DNA of 38,624 nt from IMG/VR virus record IMGVR_UViG_3300027513_000007; one strand, 5' to 3'. The notes under the pieces were generated by a model that had not been told where the DNA came from, did not search any database, and worked only from the letters and a program-made list of their open reading frames with translations. Of the stretch, positions 34,655-38,624 are shown piece after piece. The stretch comes from a virus. Position 1 is the stretch's first letter, and every line of letters begins with the position of its first letter. The translations under genes and the position numbers were made by a program.

Positions 34655-34806
34655 TTATTGTGAATATACCACCAAGTTCGTACAGGGGAACCGGAGGAAA
34701 CGGCTGGGATTTTATAAAGTCGTTTTTAGTTACAGTAACAGTGACTCTGATAACATTTTTCACCGGTTACGGGATATATTCATTTATTAACGACTTCATT
34801 CTGTGA
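34651..34806 (+). CDS. Micro-ORF, single TM helix, 51 aa
   Basis: Hand-translated MIIVNIPPSSYRGTGGNGWDFIKSFLVTVTVTLITFFTGYGIYSFINDFIL. ATGA-coupled upstream and GTGA-coupled downstream. Confidence 0.4.
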   Translation: MIIVNIPPSSYRGTGGNGWDFIKSFLVTVTVTLITFFTGYGIYSFINDFIL

Positions 34807-35444
34807 TAACCTTTAAGATACTCGGCAAAAGATACCCTCTCCCCACCCGCTGGGAAGACATCACCTACACGCAATACTTGTTTCATTTGTACCGCAGGAC
34901 GATGGCTGAAAAAATCTCCTGCTTTACAGGGGTTCCGCGTGAAACGTTAGAATCAAAGGACATCAAAGGACTTGAAAGGATTAGCCTTTCGTTAGCCTTC
35001 ATGACCATCAGCCCAAAGTTTGAACGGACACCAATGGTAGGGAAATACGTTCTCCCGGCAGATATCACCATTCAAAGTTTGGGACAGTTCGAAGACCTTC
35101 GTGGCCTGTTGAAGAAACTACCACAAAAGAAGATGGATGACTTTGAGATTGAAGACCATGAGAAGACAGCCGACCTGTACTTAACAGCCTGTGCCATCTA
35201 CCTACAGAAAGTAAAAGACGGTAACTACGACTATACCAAAGTAGCCGCCGTGAAGGAAGAACTAAAGTCTTACCCATGCACCGAAGTAATCGGAACGGGT
35301 GCTTTTTTTTTGTACAGGCAATTGAATATATCACCACCTTTAATGACTCGCTTCCTGATTCCTCTTCTACGCCTGAAGAAGTTAATTCAGGGCTTACCAG
35401 GTTATCAGAAGACTTTGGATTTTTTGCTACCCTCACGCAAATAA
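34803..35444 (+). CDS. Tail-module protein, zero-frame product (tail assembly chaperone G-like by architecture), 213 aa
   Basis: GTG start overlapping the upstream stop. Contains the T9 slippery run at 35303-35311. Confidence 0.55.
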   Translation: MITFKILGKRYPLPTRWEDITYTQYLFHLYRRTMAEKISCFTGVPRETLESKDIKGLERISLSLAFMTISPKFERTPMVGKYVLPADITIQSLGQFEDLRGLLKKLPQKKMDDFEIEDHEKTADLYLTACAIYLQKVKDGNYDYTKVAAVKEELKSYPCTEVIGTGAFFLYRQLNISPPLMTRFLIPLLRLKKLIQGLPGYQKTLDFLLPSRK

Positions 35445-35581
35445 CCGGCGGTGTTCCTTCCGAAATGGAGAAGGTTTGCAACGATTGGTCCGCTAGAGAA
35501 TTCTATCATTTAGTTCGATATCGTTCGTTTGAATCCCAAGCACAACGGCGATATGCTGAGTTAATGGCACACAGAAAGTAA
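35303..35581 (+). CDS. -1 frame extension continuing from the T9 run (GT-like fusion C-terminus, about 92 codons)
   Basis: The -1 frame is open from 35276 to 35581 and looks protein-like (…VQAIEYITTFNDSLPDSSSTPEEV…RRYAELMAHRK). It fills what would otherwise be a 160-nt gap before the next gene. Confidence 0.5.
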   Translation, partial: FFFVQAIEYITTFNDSLPDSSSTPEEVNSGLTRLSEDFGFFATLTQITGGVPSEMEKVCNDWSAREFYHLVRYRSFESQAQRRYAELMAHRK

Positions 35582-35603
35582 GAATTTATTTTATATTGGG
35601 CGC

Positions 35604-36095
35604 GTGTCCCACCGCTCCGTCGTTCAGCTAATCCACGATACCGTTAGTTCACTATCGGATGGGATACAATTCGGCTACGGACAGCGAACAGACTTCAACC
35701 AAATTCTAAGTAAGCCTGACCTTTGGGCGTGGCTACTTCCGCTCACAGCGAACCCTCAATTTACAGTCAACGATGTGGAGATGTACCAAAAGCGGTGGAA
35801 CTGTATTATACTGTTCTGTCGTATCGTGCAATCAGGGGACACGGAGATTGAACAGAAACCGGTACTAGACGACCTTGACGAATTAGTCGATAAGTTCATC
35901 CACCGGCTAAATGAATTCTACCTGAGCCAAATAGACACCGTTGGGCCTGTTACACTTTCAAACTTTCAACAGACTCCATTCTTCAAAAAGGATGCGGATA
36001 TTTTTACAGGATGGTTTGTGACCTTCCAAATGGTGACCCCTGACGATTTCGACTATTGTACTCCTGAAAATGTAGAATTATACAATGGTAATTGA
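35604..36095 (+). CDS. Hypothetical head-tail joining / tail completion-like protein, 163 aa
   Basis: Position and size only. GTG start. Confidence 0.45.
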   Translation: MSHRSVVQLIHDTVSSLSDGIQFGYGQRTDFNQILSKPDLWAWLLPLTANPQFTVNDVEMYQKRWNCIILFCRIVQSGDTEIEQKPVLDDLDELVDKFIHRLNEFYLSQIDTVGPVTLSNFQQTPFFKKDADIFTGWFVTFQMVTPDDFDYCTPENVELYNGN

Positions 36096-36552
36096 GATCC
36101 TACAACAGAACGGGATTCAATTAATAAACGACATCCGGGCGAACATGGGCTCGGCGGGGCAGAATGCCACCTTTGAAACCTCCAATAGTCTACGAATAGA
36201 AGTAACCCAGTCCGGCAATAACTTTAAGCTTCAATTGTTCGGCAGGGCTTTCTTTATGACAGTGGAAACGGGACGAAGACCCACCCCGAACAAGAAACCT
36301 TCACGAGCCATGATTGAAAGAATTACCTCATGGGTAGAGGCTAGGGGGATTGACATATCAGCCGTGTGGGCTATTGCTACCAAGATTCAGCAGCGTGGGA
36401 CCAGGCTTTGGCTGGAGGGAGGACGGACGGACATCGTACAACCCGCAATAGAGGACTTTGTAAACAACACTTCGAAGGATTTAATGGATGCAGTAGCCGA
36501 CCAATTTATAAATGAATGGAAGTCGTTAAAAACCCGACAGGGCATAAGATAA
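36085..36552 (+). CDS. HK97 gp10-like neck/tail-completion protein (tentative), 155 aa
   Basis: The N-terminal pattern (…LINDIRANM…TFETSNSLRIEV…) resembles gp10-family proteins by eye. Confidence 0.4.
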   Translation: MVIEILQQNGIQLINDIRANMGSAGQNATFETSNSLRIEVTQSGNNFKLQLFGRAFFMTVETGRRPTPNKKPSRAMIERITSWVEARGIDISAVWAIATKIQQRGTRLWLEGGRTDIVQPAIEDFVNNTSKDLMDAVADQFINEWKSLKTRQGIR

Positions 36553-38324
36553 TAGACCAAAGTATTGCCGCTGCAATTACTGACAGTGGCGGGGATGCTT
36601 TAGTTACACTGGCCTACCACGGGCTGGGAACGGGGGACTATGTTTATATAACTTCAGACATTGACGAATATAATGGCTTCTGGTATGTGACCTCAATTAA
36701 TACGGACACATTTAAGATAGCTGAATACGCCACCGCGGATTTCGTTAGTTATTACCAGGATGCAGACATCGAATATTACCAGACCAATTCACACGAATGG
36801 AATAGTATATTCCTGCCGATAATTTATAAGATTTCAAATGACAAATGGCCTGTAAATACCGTAGACACAGCGCGGACTATTTCAAGTTTTAGCAATGATA
36901 ACGGGTATTCGGATTTGACTTTATCGGGAGACATCGGAAGTGTGGATGCCTATAGGTTAGAATTCGTTAAAATATCAGATGCAACCGATGAAGACTTAAA
37001 CGGGGTATGGCAGATTGTTGAGGTGATTAGCCAATCTAATATCGTGATCGATTTGCCCTACTCTGTTTCTAATAGCTTCTCCGGGGCTTCTATTCAGTAT
37101 TATTACAACTCTTATCAGGTTAAAGTAAAGATTTACTCTGGACTGAACGCATTGCACCCGTGGACCACTCATAAACCTTACGAAGAAGTGGGTATTTTAT
37201 CTCTAACTCCGGATGAGAACAACATTGTAATGTTTTCGGTGAACGACTACATCAAAAAGATGATAGCGGTCAAGAACAATTTAACGCTGTTTTCTTTGCC
37301 TCTAAACCTGGATGCTTTTACGGCGTTCTTCATTCAGTTCGCCGAATCTTACGATGAATCCGATAACTATTCACTTTCTACGTTAGAAACTGCCTACGAA
37401 ACGGACGACTTCGAAGGCTATGCGGTAGCGGGCAAACTTCCTTTTAAAAACATATATTCAGGGGCCTATTCGGACTACGTTTATACGGATGGTTCACCGG
37501 CTTATTGGCTGACATTGTTCCCTGAATTGCTGGCCGTTGAAGACAAGTACTTCGACATTTCCTTTATTAAAAACATACCGGGGCTGTTCTGGGTTATCAT
37601 TGAAAAGTATGTTCAGGACTACTTAACAGCCACAGAAACAATAATTTATACCGATCAGGGTCTGGGGGTCTATAGAATTCCAATAGTTCCGGATGCTCAA
37701 TACGATAGGTTTTGTGTTAAAATCTATACTCCGGGTCAGGCGGCTGTTCCGGGGGTGACGTCAGCTATCACACTACCAGCACTATCATTGTGGGCTTCTG
37801 ATCCCGGCTCAGGGGATGAAGTATGGACCACAGGGGCCACACCTTCAATTAACTTGCCCGGAAGTATTATAGACCCTTCAGACTCAGAATTTCTATTTGC
37901 TGCCTATGCTTTTATTCCGGGGTATGACTATACTATTACCATAGGATATACGGTTTCTTATAACTCCGGATCTTCCAACCCCCGCACGGCTCGGATATCA
38001 ATATTTGACGATTCAATGAATGTGCAGTTCACAACCACAGACTCAGGGCCTATAAGCCCCGGAGGGTCGGATACTGTAGCCATTACTTTTACAGCTACCA
38101 TGTTCACCACAAGGGTAGGGGTTAAATATACCTCCGGTTCAGACATAGATTTGCAGATTGACACACGAGCCGGAACGGAAACAACCCCGGCAACGCCTGA
38201 AGTAGACGCCGCCTACTTGACAGAAGAGATTTGCATAAACATCATTGACGCCTGCGACACACAGTCGGCGGTACCAGAAGACATAAGATTATTGGAAGAT
38301 GGCGATTATAGATTACTGGAATGA
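36516..38324 (+). CDS. Large tail/baseplate structural protein ending in an RLLEDGDYRLLE motif, 602 aa
   Basis: Long ORF in the tail module. The C-terminal EDIRLLEDGDYRLLE matches the repeat in ORF 16584. Confidence 0.55.
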   Translation: MEVVKNPTGHKIIDQSIAAAITDSGGDALVTLAYHGLGTGDYVYITSDIDEYNGFWYVTSINTDTFKIAEYATADFVSYYQDADIEYYQTNSHEWNSIFLPIIYKISNDKWPVNTVDTARTISSFSNDNGYSDLTLSGDIGSVDAYRLEFVKISDATDEDLNGVWQIVEVISQSNIVIDLPYSVSNSFSGASIQYYYNSYQVKVKIYSGLNALHPWTTHKPYEEVGILSLTPDENNIVMFSVNDYIKKMIAVKNNLTLFSLPLNLDAFTAFFIQFAESYDESDNYSLSTLETAYETDDFEGYAVAGKLPFKNIYSGAYSDYVYTDGSPAYWLTLFPELLAVEDKYFDISFIKNIPGLFWVIIEKYVQDYLTATETIIYTDQGLGVYRIPIVPDAQYDRFCVKIYTPGQAAVPGVTSAITLPALSLWASDPGSGDEVWTTGATPSINLPGSIIDPSDSEFLFAAYAFIPGYDYTITIGYTVSYNSGSSNPRTARISIFDDSMNVQFTTTDSGPISPGGSDTVAITFTATMFTTRVGVKYTSGSDIDLQIDTRAGTETTPATPEVDAAYLTEEICINIIDACDTQSAVPEDIRLLEDGDYRLLE

Positions 38325-38624
38325 GAGAATTTCTATACATATCGTGGCTTAATTACTTGGGAGGGTTCGACTACTGGTTATTCACCGGTTATAAAGACCA
38401 CAACATTGAAGTTATTGAAACGGGGGAGACTACTAAAAACGTGTTTCCGGGATGGCCGAAGTCTTATGATACGTTCGCAGATACCATCCGGAAACAGACC
38501 TTTCGCAGGACACGGAAACAAAAGGTAATAAGAAGTCAAAAACTGACTTTGCAACAAGCAGAACAGCTAGGCGAGCAAATAAGAAGTTCTATCCTGGTTC
38601 AAATATTAGAAGGCACAGGCAAAA
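38321..38624 (+). CDS. 5' part of the junction-spanning gene (continues at base 128 of the circular map, ending at 249)
   Basis: ATG 38321 overlaps the upstream TGA (ATGA). The frame is open to the end of the window and is in frame with 1..249. Confidence 0.7.
   Translation, partial: MREFLYISWLNYLGGFDYWLFTGYKDHNIEVIETGETTKNVFPGWPKSYDTFADTIRKQTFRRTRKQKVIRSQKLTLQQAEQLGEQIRSSILVQILEGTGK
38498..38624. repeat. Terminal direct repeat copy B (identical to 1..127)
   Basis: Exact 127-nt identity with the start of the window. Confidence 0.9.

Noticed and set aside
1-38624. Search by eye for tRNA/tmRNA genes, CRISPR arrays, integrase/attP, transposases and RT/retron elements
   Set aside because: I saw no T-loop-type GGTTCGAATCC motifs, no regularly spaced repeats, no Tyr/Ser recombinase motifs and no reverse transcriptase ORF. 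This is a negative result by inspection only. tRNAscan-SE and profile searches should confirm it.

Overview
This window is a complete, circularly closed genome of a tailed dsDNA bacteriophage. Bases 1-127 recur exactly at 38498-38624, so the unique length is 38,497 bp, and one gene reads in frame across the junction. Coding density is very high, with about 70 genes, many joined by ATGA or other short overlaps.

Layout:
(1) A rightward late block runs from 31883 through the contig junction to 24385. In order it holds a small HTH protein, an HNH protein, TerS, TerL, an inserted lipoprotein/GIY-YIG cassette, and tail-module genes that include a T9 slippery site. These are followed by a tape-measure-like protein, a ClpP-type protease-scaffold fusion, the major capsid protein and a probable tail tube protein. 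Next comes a terminator-bounded glycosyltransferase/methyltransferase island, an antisense HNH homing endonuclease, the portal, connector and fibre proteins. The block ends with two beta-helix proteins, an M15 endolysin and a u-spanin.
(2) A leftward early block (31757 to 24382) carries two orphan beta-class DNA methyltransferases and many ORFans. It is interrupted by a 415-bp ORF-free region with two perfect tandem DnaA boxes.
(3) One lone rightward ORF encodes a protein with two transmembrane (TM) helices (25884-26069).

I recognised no polymerase, helicase, primase, integrase, tRNA, rRNA or CRISPR array by eye. Three things suggest a Bacteroidota (Flavobacteriia-like) host: genes lack Shine-Dalgarno sequences, TAnnTTTG boxes are present, and several proteins carry lipoboxes or signal peptides. 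That host call is an inference.

The most unusual content, in order of interest:
- the roughly 6-kb glycosylation/methylation island embedded in the structural module
- the DnaA-box noncoding region
- an in-frame two-TM hairpin inserted into a secreted beta-helix protein
- a candidate -1 frameshift

All functional calls rest on motif recognition by eye. No database searches were run.
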